The notes under the pieces: generated by a model
Seen by the model: only the letters and a program-made list of their open reading frames with translations
The model's database searches: none
What the model was told of the DNA's origin: nothing
Part shown: one piece after another, positions 40,935 to 51,120 of the stretch
How the letters are laid out: every line of letters starts with the position of its first letter
How positions within the stretch are numbered: position 1 is the first letter of the stretch
Assembly (NCBI GenBank): GCA_000092065.1
Contig: CP000600.1
DNA: 64,000 nucleotides
Reading direction: 5' to 3' (one strand)
DNA from: Ostreococcus lucimarinus
Taxonomy: Eukaryota
Translations under genes and position numbers: made by a program

Positions 40935-41486
40935 TTATTCGCCCAACAAATCGTAGTCGTCCAATTTATCGTTGTACGCCGCCACTTTGCGTTTGATCTT
41001 ACTCGTGTCCACCCACGTGACGTAATCCTCCATATCTCGCGTAACGATGTATCCAGGATTACGCGTGACTTTCGCCCCCACGCGCACGTGCCCTTGTTCT
41101 ATGAACGTCGTCGCCTCTCGCAACGTCTCGCACATGCGCGCGCGAACCAAAACCGTCGCCAAGCGTCGTCGACAAAACGACGACGTCGACAACCGGTCGC
41201 ACAGCGTCAAAGACTTGGTCGACGGAATCGCACCAATATCGTACAATTTCGCCAACAAAGCCTCCGTCGTGTGCTGTCTCGTCTCATCTCGCGCGTCAAG
41301 TTTCTTCAACGCGTTCGCCAACTTCGTCACCGAACCGACCAACACGTTGAATCGCTTAAACTCGTCTCGATCTCGCAAGTGATACCTCCGAATCGTCGAC
41401 ACCTCTCGGTGCGAGTGTTCAGATTTCCACTGCAAGAAATCAACTTTTTTCAACAATTTACGTTCGTGATGCCGTAACTCCCGCAT
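40935..41486 (-). CDS. IMP3: U3 snoRNP protein IMP3 (S4/S9 N-terminal plus S4 RNA-binding domain)
   Basis: ORF 40935..41486 (-): MRELRHHERKLLKKVDFLQWK..., colinear with IMP3. Confidence 0.85.
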   Translation of the reverse strand: MRELRHHERKLLKKVDFLQWKSEHSHREVSTIRRYHLRDRDEFKRFNVLVGSVTKLANALKKLDARDETRQHTTEALLAKLYDIGAIPSTKSLTLCDRLSTSSFCRRRLATVLVRARMCETLREATTFIEQGHVRVGAKVTRNPGYIVTRDMEDYVTWVDTSKIKRKVAAYNDKLDDYDLLGE

Positions 41487-41632
41487 CGCGACTCCCTCTT
41501 ATCCTCCTCTTCGTCTCCTTCCTCCTAGCTCGCGCTTCGTCGTCGACCTCGCGCCGAAAGCCCTAACACAGATCTTCCCGCCCGACCTCGCCGACGTCTC
41601 GCGTTCGTTTCTCGTGACTTTGCTCGAGAATA

Positions 41633-41880
41633 TTACTTAGAGCGCTGGCGCATCTTTCTGCGTTTACGCTTAAGTCTGCGCGTGCGTTTCTTGCGCCACT
41701 GCGTGCGTTCGCGCGTCGTCGTCGTCGTCGTCAGTCGTCGCGTTCGCGCGTTCGCGCGTTCGCGATCGATGCCGCGCTCGCGCGCGCGTCGCTCGCCGCG
41801 CGTCGCGCGCGCGCGTCGCGATCGAGCGACGAAAACGTTCTCGCCCTCGCGTCGTCGTCGTCGCGCACCTTGGCTCTCAT
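41633..41880 (-). CDS. RPL41: Ribosomal protein eL41 (25 aa). Two exons: complement join(41869..41880,41633..41698).
   Basis: Exon 1 is ATG AGA GCC AAG (MRAK), followed by a GTGCGC donor. A 170-nt intron has a CTGAC branch and CAG acceptor. Exon 2 is WRKKRTRRLKRKRRKMRQRSK*. The track lists the exon-2 region only inside the longer ORF 41633..42025, and exon 1 is not in the track. Confidence 0.75.
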
Positions 41881-42073
41881 GTAACCGTGTTCGCGGCGAG
41901 AACTGCGGCGGCCGCCGACGCCGCGCGCGAGGGTTCGCGTCGTGGTCCGTGTTGCGTCTTCGGTATCGCGGCCGCCCCCATGCCCTCGTCGACGAGACGT
42001 GCGGATCGTTCGCGGCGTGGTTCAAGCCGCAGTAGAGTCTGCAAGAGTTTTAACATCAATGTAATGCATATAT

Positions 42074-43747
42074 TTAGGTGTTCATCGCCACCATGTAAAG
42101 TCGACGAGCGGGCGATCTAAAGACGAGCGCGAAGAGCGCCAGAAGGAAGACGAATTCGACGGCGCGAATCGCGACGGAGACGAGGGACGTGGATGACGGT
42201 CGAATCCCCGTCTTGAACGCCATCTTCGGTGTCATATTGAGCGCAGAAAACTTGCGAACGAGAGGACTGGCGTCTGGATCGGACGCCGTCCCCGCTATGG
42301 CGCGTCGTCCCGCCATGGCGCGCTGGAGGTCTTTAATCGCGCCCTCGTGCGGGACGACGGCGAGCCAGTCGCGAGCGGCGATCATCTCGTCGCGAGCTTC
42401 GCCACCGCACTCGACGGGCTGATCCCTTTTAGCCACGCCGTACCGCTTCTGAATCTCCGTAGAGGCGTCTCCGGTGCAAATCACAAACTTGTTTCGAGCG
42501 CTCTCCGTCAAGAACAACTTGCCGATGGACCAGAGCGCGGCGAGCAAGTACGGACAATTCGTCACGATGAAGTGCGCGAAAGGCTCTGGGTGAAACTCGG
42601 CGACGGCGAACTGCCTAGCGATGAGCGCGATGTTCGCCCTGGTGAACACCGTCACAGAACACTTTTTCACATCCACGATCATCGGCGGCAACTTGCCGCT
42701 CAAGTATTCGCTCGGTTGCGCCAGGGCGACTTCGTACATTTGGTTCACACCGTACCACGAATCCGTCACCTCGGTTCGTAAGAGATTCTTCATCCCGGCC
42801 GTGGTCATGCAACAAAATAACGCTGCGGGATGGCTCTCGCTCGCGGGCCAAATTTTAAACATATCGAAAGTATCCGCCAAGTCCCGCACCGCGCGCTCCT
42901 TTGTCTCGTCGGCGTCGATTTCTCGGTGCCTAAATCCGTGCTGTGGCGGAAACCTCTTGAGAAATCGCAACATAAATATTCTCGTGTATAAAGCGGCGCC
43001 TAAGTTCTTACTATCCTGTAAGTTTGCCAAGCACGCATCTTTCGTCTTATGCACGATGCGCAGACGACAATACACGCCGCCGTGACACGCCTCGCAAAGC
43101 CGCCGTAAAAATCTCTGACACGCCACCTCGGGGGGCGTATCGTGCCCTTCGAACACCTTCATCGCGAACTCAAACGCCACCGACTGCATGACGTCCGCTA
43201 TAGCGTTTCGCAAATGCTGTATCTGCCTCTCATTGCTCATCTTCAGCGTGCACGGCCGTCCCAACCCCGCGTCGACGTCGGCGCACGTCAACCCGTGTTC
43301 GACGACGTCTAACATCCGCGGCCCCGTCCACGTCTCCCCCTCCCACGGGTACAGCGGTATCTTCCCGTGCGTTCGTTTCAACTCGACGTGATCGTAAAAC
43401 TCCTCCTCTTCTAATTCGCACGCCATCGTCGGCGTCGGCGGTCCCGTCCACGGCGTCGGCGCCGCCACGCCCCACCACGGCTCCAGCGAGTCGAAGAATC
43501 CATCCTTCGTCGCGAACGTCTCCGCGCCCCGCCACGACCGCGCCACCGACACGAGCGCGGCGAACTCTCGCGACGTTCGCCGTCCTCCGTCGATCGACGC
43601 TCGCGCGCGCACCGTCGTCGCCGCGCGACGATCATCTCGACGAGATGCCGATTCGGACGCGTCCGTCTTCGTCGCGCGCGCGTCGCGCCTCGACGTCGCC
43701 CGCGCGCCGTCGTCGTCCGCCTTCGGTCGCGCGCACGCGTTCCCCAT
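42074..43747 (-). CDS. Sec14/CRAL-TRIO-like lipid-binding protein with an N-terminal MGNAC (myristoylation/palmitoylation-type) motif and a C-terminal hydrophobic anchor
   Basis: ORF 42074..44242 (-), trimmed to M166 (complement 43745..43747, MGNACARPK). A CRAL-TRIO-like core (LPPMIVDVKKCSV...HFIVTNCPYLLAALWSIGKLF) and a C-terminal VEFVFLLALFALVF. Confidence 0.6.
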   Translation of the reverse strand: MGNACARPKADDDGARATSRRDARATKTDASESASRRDDRRAATTVRARASIDGGRRTSREFAALVSVARSWRGAETFATKDGFFDSLEPWWGVAAPTPWTGPPTPTMACELEEEEFYDHVELKRTHGKIPLYPWEGETWTGPRMLDVVEHGLTCADVDAGLGRPCTLKMSNERQIQHLRNAIADVMQSVAFEFAMKVFEGHDTPPEVACQRFLRRLCEACHGGVYCRLRIVHKTKDACLANLQDSKNLGAALYTRIFMLRFLKRFPPQHGFRHREIDADETKERAVRDLADTFDMFKIWPASESHPAALFCCMTTAGMKNLLRTEVTDSWYGVNQMYEVALAQPSEYLSGKLPPMIVDVKKCSVTVFTRANIALIARQFAVAEFHPEPFAHFIVTNCPYLLAALWSIGKLFLTESARNKFVICTGDASTEIQKRYGVAKRDQPVECGGEARDEMIAARDWLAVVPHEGAIKDLQRAMAGRRAIAGTASDPDASPLVRKFSALNMTPKMAFKTGIRPSSTSLVSVAIRAVEFVFLLALFALVFRSPARRLYMVAMNT

Positions 43748-43856
43748 CGCGCGCCGCCGCGCCGACGCCCCCGCGGTGGCGCGCGCGCGAGGCGCGTCGC
43801 CGAGTGTCGTCGTCGCGTAACGACCGCATCGCGGCGTCGACGTCAGAACGCGTCCG
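43748..43856. promoter_or_regulatory. ~109-bp bidirectional promoter region between the divergent Sec14-like and RsmI genes
   Basis: Head-to-head start codons; inference only. Confidence 0.3.
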
Positions 43857-45017
43857 ATGCGCGCGCTCGCGCGCCTCGCCAGCGCGCGCGCGCTCCGAAC
43901 GACGCCCGCGCGCGCGTCGACGCGTCGCGGCGGCGCGGCGGCGCGACGATGGACGCGCGCGACGCGCGCGAGCGTTCGCGCCGCCGGGACGCCGATTGGC
44001 TCGGGCGAGGCCGGGACGCGCGCGCGCGACGACGACGCGGACGACGAGGACGACGCGGACGACGACGAGCGAGGCTTCGCGCGCGCGCTCGAGGAGGACG
44101 CGCGCGAGCGACGCGCGCGCGGGGCGTCGACGCTCGAGCCCGGGCTGTTCCTGGTGGCGACGCCGATTGGCAACCTGGAGGACGTCACGCTGCGCGCGCT
44201 GCGCGTGCTGCGCGACGCGGACGCGGTGCTGGCCGAAGACACGCGACGGACGAAGCAGCTGATGCGAGCGTACGATATCGCGACGCCGTTGGTGTCGTAT
44301 CACGCGCATAACGAGGCGAAGCGGAGGGAGTCGGTGCTGGGACGGTTGGCGAGCGGCGCGGCGCTGGCGCTGGTGAGCGACGCGGGAATGCCGACGGTGA
44401 ACGACCCGGGCGCGGATTTGGCGGCGAGGGCGGCGGCGATGGGTGTGAGAGTGTTTCCCGTGCCGGGACCGAGCGCGGTTTTGGCGGCGATCGCGGGCGC
44501 GGGATTGCCGACGGATGAGTTTACGTTTATCGGTTTCCCGCCGCCGAAATCTTCGCAGAGAGCGAAAAGATTTAAGAGTTTTGCGCGCAACAAGGCGACG
44601 CTCATCATGTTCGTGCCTCCGCATAAACTAATCGGGACGTTGGAAGACGCACACGCGGCGTTGGGCGATCGACGATGCTCGGTGTGTCGAGAGTTGACCA
44701 AGGTGCACGAAGAGTTTTGGAGAAGCACGCTGAGTGAGGCCAGAGCGGAGTTCGAGCGGCGCGCCCCGCGAGGGGAAATCACGCTCGTCATCGAAGGTTA
44801 CGATGACGACCAACCCGCGCTCGCGAGTGATGAAGACGATGACGACGACAATAGCGCGCCGAGCTCGTCGAACGTCGAAGACGCGGTGCGCTCGCTGTTG
44901 GAGGACGGCGCGTCTCCCTCCGACGCGTCGAGACGCGTCGCAAAAGAACTCGGCGTGCGACGACGGGAAACGTATGGCGTCGCGCAGAGACTTTCAGAAG
45001 AACTGAAAAAACGATGA
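43857..45017 (+). CDS. rsmI: Organellar 16S rRNA 2'-O-methyltransferase RsmI (tetrapyrrole-methylase fold) with a transit peptide and an acidic C-terminal tail
   Basis: ORF 43857..45017 (+). LFLVATPIGNLEDVTLRALRVL, ALVSDAGMP, CRELTKVHEE parallel RsmI. Confidence 0.75.
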   Translation: MRALARLASARALRTTPARASTRRGGAAARRWTRATRASVRAAGTPIGSGEAGTRARDDDADDEDDADDDERGFARALEEDARERRARGASTLEPGLFLVATPIGNLEDVTLRALRVLRDADAVLAEDTRRTKQLMRAYDIATPLVSYHAHNEAKRRESVLGRLASGAALALVSDAGMPTVNDPGADLAARAAAMGVRVFPVPGPSAVLAAIAGAGLPTDEFTFIGFPPPKSSQRAKRFKSFARNKATLIMFVPPHKLIGTLEDAHAALGDRRCSVCRELTKVHEEFWRSTLSEARAEFERRAPRGEITLVIEGYDDDQPALASDEDDDDDNSAPSSSNVEDAVRSLLEDGASPSDASRRVAKELGVRRRETYGVAQRLSEELKKR

Positions 45018-45136
45018 GACGAGCGCGTCGAAACGAAATTCAATTCAAGTGAACGACGGTCGGCGCGATTGGGCAACAACAGAAGCGACGTCGTGGGAGA
45101 GTTAAAAATAAATGACTCTCGTCTTCATATCTCCGC

Positions 45137-47899
45137 ATGCCCGAAGGCGTGGGTGATGGCTTACCGTTTGGAAGAAGCCGTCAGCGGGCGTACGGTGATA
45201 TCACGCGTGCGCTCACGCGTCCCCCCCGTGAAGACCTGAGCGCCGCGGCGAGCCACACCGAGAATCGCAACCACGACCGCGCGGACCGGCGCTCCGTGGG
45301 AGGCGAGATCGATCTCTTGAGGCGGGAAATCACGCGTGTACAGAAAGCCTTGACTGATTTGAAGGCGAAGAGAATCGAAAATAAATCGCCAAACGCTCTT
45401 CCGGAGCGTAAGCGATGGAGCGTCATGGATCGCTGCAGGCCAACGAGGAAGTGCGACGAAAAGGACGAGAGACATTCGTTGAAACCTTCGCTCGTTCGCG
45501 ACATGAGTGCTCGACAGCTCATCCTGCGGAAACCACCCGAGCCTGCAACGCGTGGAATGGCTATCATGCTGTTGCGACGGCTAGACGACGTCTTGCCAGA
45601 GGGCGCCATCGAGAACAAGTGCGCCGAGCTGAGCAAGATGGGCGGTTTGGGAACGGTGAGTGGAGCGCTCGCGCGGTACGCAAGCTTGCACATCGACACG
45701 TTTAGCGACGACTTTGAGATAATCGATACCGCGTTCCGAGAGAGTGCTCGGCAAGTGAGCGCTGGGTGTAGAGATCGAGGCGAGTTGTTGGATGCGATCC
45801 GCGAACGCTACGGAGAGCTCTTCTCCACGATGCGCAACGTGTGTGACCGGTGGCAGCGACGAAACGAGTCTCTCGTCATCGAGCTTGACGAACTTCAAGG
45901 CGCGCTGGAGACGAAAGAGAACGAGCAACTCGCGCTCACAGAGCGCGTTGCGAGATGTAAATTCGAAGCCGATTCTGCAAGACGACGGCAGCAAGTTGAT
46001 AACGAGCGGGCAGATTTAATGACTAAACGGTCGCGTGCGAGGGAAAACGAATTAATGATGATGCAGAAAATTGACCGTGCCGAGATTCATCGATTGCATG
46101 AGCGCCTAAAACTGATGGAGACTCAATCAAGGCGTGATCTTGAATTCGCGGTGATGTCGATGGAGCAGTCGCTCTACGACGCTCTCAACGACAGAGACAA
46201 TCTCTCGAAGCGCGTAAGGTTTTTGGACAATCAGCTGCTCCAGACGCGCATGATGCTTCCGGATAAATCGTGTTACTCCACTACAGAGACCCAAACCTTG
46301 GAACGCATGGATGGCCAGTCGACGTACAAGGGTGAAGCAGCAGCAACCGCGGGCGTATCGGCTGAGGTGCAAACCGACCACGTAGTGATCTCGAAGCGTC
46401 GACGCAAAGAAAAAGCTTCGAGGAGTGGAATGGATGGTAAAGATACGAGGTTGCACGCCCCAGATCTCGGCACGGACGCGGATCAATGGAAGCGCGAGAT
46501 TCTCGGCGGTTTCGCCACTCTCATAACTTCGCAAAAGATTGGTCGGCGGAAACCACGCGCTTGGGTACTCAAATGTATCGCGCACATATACACCGATAAG
46601 CTCACGCTCGACTCGACAGCGCAGATAAATGGCGACGACGGCGCGATGTGTGACGCCTCAGCGCAGCCACTCACGAATTTCGTGTACGATTGGCATCTGC
46701 ACAAGTTTGGGTTGAAGCAACTCGCCGAAACGAATTTGCACGACTTGATTGCTTCGACGTCGCATCACGCGGAGGAGTGCGGACTGATTTCCCAGTTCGG
46801 CGCGTTTTGTGGTTTCGGCGCACATCGAGCGCATCGAGCACCGGTCTTGACGGATTCGCCGACGGTGACGTTTTATTTACGTCTGCTCGAAGCGCTCGCG
46901 AGCGAAACCAACCTTGGCCAACTATTTATGGAGTTCGGCCTCGGGAACGATTCGAAGATCGACATCACGCCGACTATGACAGGTACGCTCGCACTTACAC
47001 GCGCTCTAGATGCCATCAAGCGCGTGTTTACGGAGTACAAAGACGACGCCTCGGCGCTGAAAGATTTTGTTGGTAAACAACTCGGGATCAAGCATGCGAC
47101 GAACTCGACGACGGTCAAGTTTGCCAGTTTAATGCGGGGGGCGATGGACGAGTACACATCTCGCCGACTCGCGAGTTTGGAAACATTGAAAGCTTTATTT
47201 CTTGCCGCTGATTGCGATGACGATGGCGCTTTGGTGCGAGACGAATTCGCCGCTGCGCTTCGATTGTGCGACTACAAAGTCACCGAACAGTTCGCGGCGA
47301 GGGCGTTCGAATCCTGCGCGACACGACGCGGCGATAAACCTTCAGAGCTATTCGTCGGCGTTGACGCATTTATCAAGTCGTGTCTCATGAACGGGATGGA
47401 GACCTTTCGCGTGATCCCCGAACGTCCGCCGGGCGAAACCGCGGCGACGACGAAAATGACGGCGTCGGCGACATCTTCTCACAAAAATCAAGGCTCATCC
47501 TCCCCGACGGCACCATCGCTCTCCATGTCATCGAACGCGTGGATGGCCCTCGTCGACCAGCACGTCGCCTCTCCCGAAGGCGCGGTCGCCAAACTCCGCG
47601 CCCTTCCGCCCGGCGTCTCCCTGGATCGATGTCGACGCCAACTCCGCCGTCTCGACCAACTCCGCGCCGCGCGCACCGACGGCCAAGCCGCCTACCTCGC
47701 CCTCAAGCTCCTCACCAACGACGTCCGAACCGCCACCGTCCGCGCCAAGGGCGGTTTCAAGCGTCTCGGCGCCACCGTCCTCCACCAAGTCTCCTTCTCC
47801 ATGCGCGCCGCGCGCGTCGAATCCGATCCCACCGTCGTCGCCTCCGCCTCGCCCGATCACCCTCGCGACGACGATTTCGACCCGTTAGCGACGTCCTAA
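45137..47899 (+). CDS. Large coiled-coil protein with an EF-hand-like segment; function unknown. Its first ~2.3 kb has markedly lower GC than neighbouring genes.
   Basis: ORF 45137..47899 (+). Many A/T-ending codons between 45300 and 47400, then GC-rich low-complexity to the stop; the true C-terminus is uncertain. Confidence 0.5.
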   Translation: MPEGVGDGLPFGRSRQRAYGDITRALTRPPREDLSAAASHTENRNHDRADRRSVGGEIDLLRREITRVQKALTDLKAKRIENKSPNALPERKRWSVMDRCRPTRKCDEKDERHSLKPSLVRDMSARQLILRKPPEPATRGMAIMLLRRLDDVLPEGAIENKCAELSKMGGLGTVSGALARYASLHIDTFSDDFEIIDTAFRESARQVSAGCRDRGELLDAIRERYGELFSTMRNVCDRWQRRNESLVIELDELQGALETKENEQLALTERVARCKFEADSARRRQQVDNERADLMTKRSRARENELMMMQKIDRAEIHRLHERLKLMETQSRRDLEFAVMSMEQSLYDALNDRDNLSKRVRFLDNQLLQTRMMLPDKSCYSTTETQTLERMDGQSTYKGEAAATAGVSAEVQTDHVVISKRRRKEKASRSGMDGKDTRLHAPDLGTDADQWKREILGGFATLITSQKIGRRKPRAWVLKCIAHIYTDKLTLDSTAQINGDDGAMCDASAQPLTNFVYDWHLHKFGLKQLAETNLHDLIASTSHHAEECGLISQFGAFCGFGAHRAHRAPVLTDSPTVTFYLRLLEALASETNLGQLFMEFGLGNDSKIDITPTMTGTLALTRALDAIKRVFTEYKDDASALKDFVGKQLGIKHATNSTTVKFASLMRGAMDEYTSRRLASLETLKALFLAADCDDDGALVRDEFAAALRLCDYKVTEQFAARAFESCATRRGDKPSELFVGVDAFIKSCLMNGMETFRVIPERPPGETAATTKMTASATSSHKNQGSSSPTAPSLSMSSNAWMALVDQHVASPEGAVAKLRALPPGVSLDRCRRQLRRLDQLRAARTDGQAAYLALKLLTNDVRTATVRAKGGFKRLGATVLHQVSFSMRAARVESDPTVVASASPDHPRDDDFDPLATS

Positions 47900-48085
47900 T
47901 ATCATCTTCGCTCTCGCGTCGAATCGCGGACCCGGACCCGTCCGCGTCGTCGTCGACGCCTCGCGCGGCGTTCGCGTCCCCTTCGCGAAGTGCCGACATT
48001 CCACGCCCGTGGCGCGCCACCCTCGTCGCTCGATCGGCCTCCGCACAACTCGACGTCACGCGCCGCGAGCGCTCCACCGATCGAC

Positions 48086-48874
<789 letters not shown>

Positions 48875-49322
48875 AGCTGAAGCGCTTTTGGGTTTGTAGC
48901 GAGGGAGGCCGGGGGGCGCGAGCGAGAGTGAGACCGCGCGCGTGCGAACGCGAGCGAGGGGGCGAGAGAAACACAGAGCGACGATGACGAGAGTGCACGT
49001 CGATGACGAGGGGCGCAGACAGACACGCGCGGAAAGGAGGACGGCGGTCTTCAGCCGACGAAGCCGCGAGCGCCGTGAGAAACGCGCGGCGCCGGCGAGC
49101 GTCTCCGACGCGTGAATTTAGCGAAGAGAATAGGCTCTTAATGTGTATGCGATACACCAGCCTATGTGCGAACGACCCGACCTGTCCGGCCGCGCCCCGT
49201 CGCGCGTGGACTCGCTTTCACGCTTCCCGTCTCGTCCCGTCCTCGTCGGTCCCTCGCCGTTCGCGCCGCGCGCCCGCCACATCACCGCGCGCGCTCGACG
49301 CCGCGCTCAACGCCCGCACACG

Positions 49323-50163
49323 ATGCGCGCGATCGCTCCCGTCTCCCTCGCCCCGGTCTCGCGCGTTCAGCGCCGTCGCGCGCGCGTGCAGGCGCGTCGA
49401 ACCACCGACGACGTCACCGCGACCGGCGCGGCCTCGCTCGGTCTCGCCGCCGCGGCCGCCGCCTGCGTCGTCCTCGCCGGACCGGCGCGCGCGGAATTGA
49501 ACGCCGCGGAAGCGAATCGAGGGGGCGAGTTCAACCGCGGCTCGGCGAAGCAGTTCGGTGGTTACGATTTGGTCAAAGTTGACATCACGAAGGAGTTCGG
49601 CGAGGACTTGCGACTGAGCGTGCGTGACGACGCTCGATTCGCTCGGCGAACGCGTCGATCGCTCGAAGCGCGATCGCTCGCGCCGACGTACTGACGGAAA
49701 TATACCGCGTTCCTCGTCGCAGAATTTCACGGGCGCGGATTTGCGATTCGCCAAGCTTCGAGGGGCGAACTTGCGCGGCGCGTACATGATGAAGATGGTC
49801 GCGCCGGAGGTCGACTTCACGGGGGCGGACATGAGCGATGCCCTCATGGATCGCGCGGTGCTCGTCAAGGCTAACTTCACGAACGCCATATTGAATCGCG
49901 TCGTGCTGACGTCGTCGGATTTGGAGGGCGCGATCGTGGAGAACGCGGATTTCACCGACGCGTTGCTCGACGTCAAGACGCAGCAGGCGTTGTGCAAAAC
50001 GGCGTCGGGGAAGAACCCGGAGACGGGGGTTTCGACGCGCGTGTCGCTCGGCTGCGCGGGTGGGCGCGCTCGAGTTTCGTCGCCGTCGAGGTACATGTCC
50101 GACGACGACACACCGAAACCCAAGGCGGAGTTTGACGAATCGCGATTCTCGATGTATCAGTAA
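49323..50163 (+). CDS. Thylakoid-lumen pentapeptide-repeat protein (TL15/TL17-like) with a bipartite transit/lumenal signal. Two exons: join(49323..49619,49723..50163).
   Basis: Exon 1 carries a transit peptide plus a hydrophobic lumenal signal (LGLAAAAAACVVLAGPARA) and GEDLRLS|. A 103-nt intron has a GTGCGT donor, CTGAC branch and CAG acceptor. Exon 2 reads NFTGADLRFAKLRGANLRGAY...VDFTGADMSDALMDRAVLVKANFTNAILNRVVL (pentapeptide repeats). Confidence 0.75.
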
Positions 50164-50222
50164 ATTCTTTTGTAAGCGGCGTTGACGACGAATTATTTTG
50201 CAAGTTTTTGAAATGCACGCGA

Positions 50223-51080
50223 CTATCTATTACCGACCGGCTTGCTCCCCGCGAACCCCACGCCTTTGGCCTCGGTCAAATCCTCGGGCAACGCGAAGAT
50301 CGAGTTCTTCTGAATGCCCTTCTTCCCCTTCTTCAATCCTTTGCTTTGGAAATTTTGCCAACTGCTCGCCTTTTGGTTTTGCTCGGCGCTTATCTCTTGC
50401 TGCCGCTGCTTATACTTGAACGTCTTCAACTTTTTCCGCTTCAACTCCCGCGTCTCCGAGTCATCCCCGGGCTTAATCTCCAAATTCTTCGGCGGCTCTT
50501 TCCGCACGAACTCCGTCTTTCGCGTCAACTCCACGCGTCTCGGTTCCGGCACGCCGCGATACACCTCTCTCGGCGGCGGCGGCGGCGGCGCCTTCGCCTT
50601 CGTCTTCGCCTGACCCCCGATGTCTATCCTCACATCGCTCGCCTTCACCGCGACTCGCGTGTGGCTCTCCGTCAGGTACACGTCCAGCGTACCGTCGTCC
50701 ATCGCTCGCACGCACCGTCCCCTCCGCCACGCGCCCTCGGCGTCGAGCGCGAGCACGTCCCGTCCCGCGAACGTCCCTCCCAGCGTCGTCGTCGTCGTCG
50801 CCGTCGCCGCCGTCGCGCCTCGCGCGTCGTTCGCGCCGTCACCCGCGCCTAACTCGTCGTCGTCGACGTCGTCCCGCGCCGCGAGCGTCGTCGCCAGGAC
50901 GTCGCGCGTGATTTCAATGACATCCTCGAGCGAATCCTTCAAATCGATCAATTCCTCGTCCCCCGGCGCGTCCGCGAGCGACGCCTCGACGTCCGCGAGC
51001 GAGCGCTCGTACTCATCGAGCTTGGCGCGCAGCTCGTCCGCGGTCTGCGGCGCGTCGTCGTCGTCGGCGGCGTCGGACAT
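50223..51080 (-). CDS. SMNDC1: Survival-motor-neuron-related splicing factor SPF30/SMNDC1 (Tudor domain)
   Basis: ORF 50223..51692 (-), trimmed to M205 (MSDAADDDDAPQTADELRAKLDEYERSLADVEASLADAPGDEELIDLKDSLEDVIEITRDVL). It has a Tudor domain and the conserved C-terminus KASSWQNFQSKGLKKGKKGIQKNSIFALPEDLTEAKGVGFAGSKP. Confidence 0.75.
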   Translation of the reverse strand: MSDAADDDDAPQTADELRAKLDEYERSLADVEASLADAPGDEELIDLKDSLEDVIEITRDVLATTLAARDDVDDDELGAGDGANDARGATAATATTTTTLGGTFAGRDVLALDAEGAWRRGRCVRAMDDGTLDVYLTESHTRVAVKASDVRIDIGGQAKTKAKAPPPPPPREVYRGVPEPRRVELTRKTEFVRKEPPKNLEIKPGDDSETRELKRKKLKTFKYKQRQQEISAEQNQKASSWQNFQSKGLKKGKKGIQKNSIFALPEDLTEAKGVGFAGSKPVGNR

Positions 51081-51120
51081 GACGCGGGGCGATGTGACGC
51101 GGCGGCGGCACTTCGTCGCG

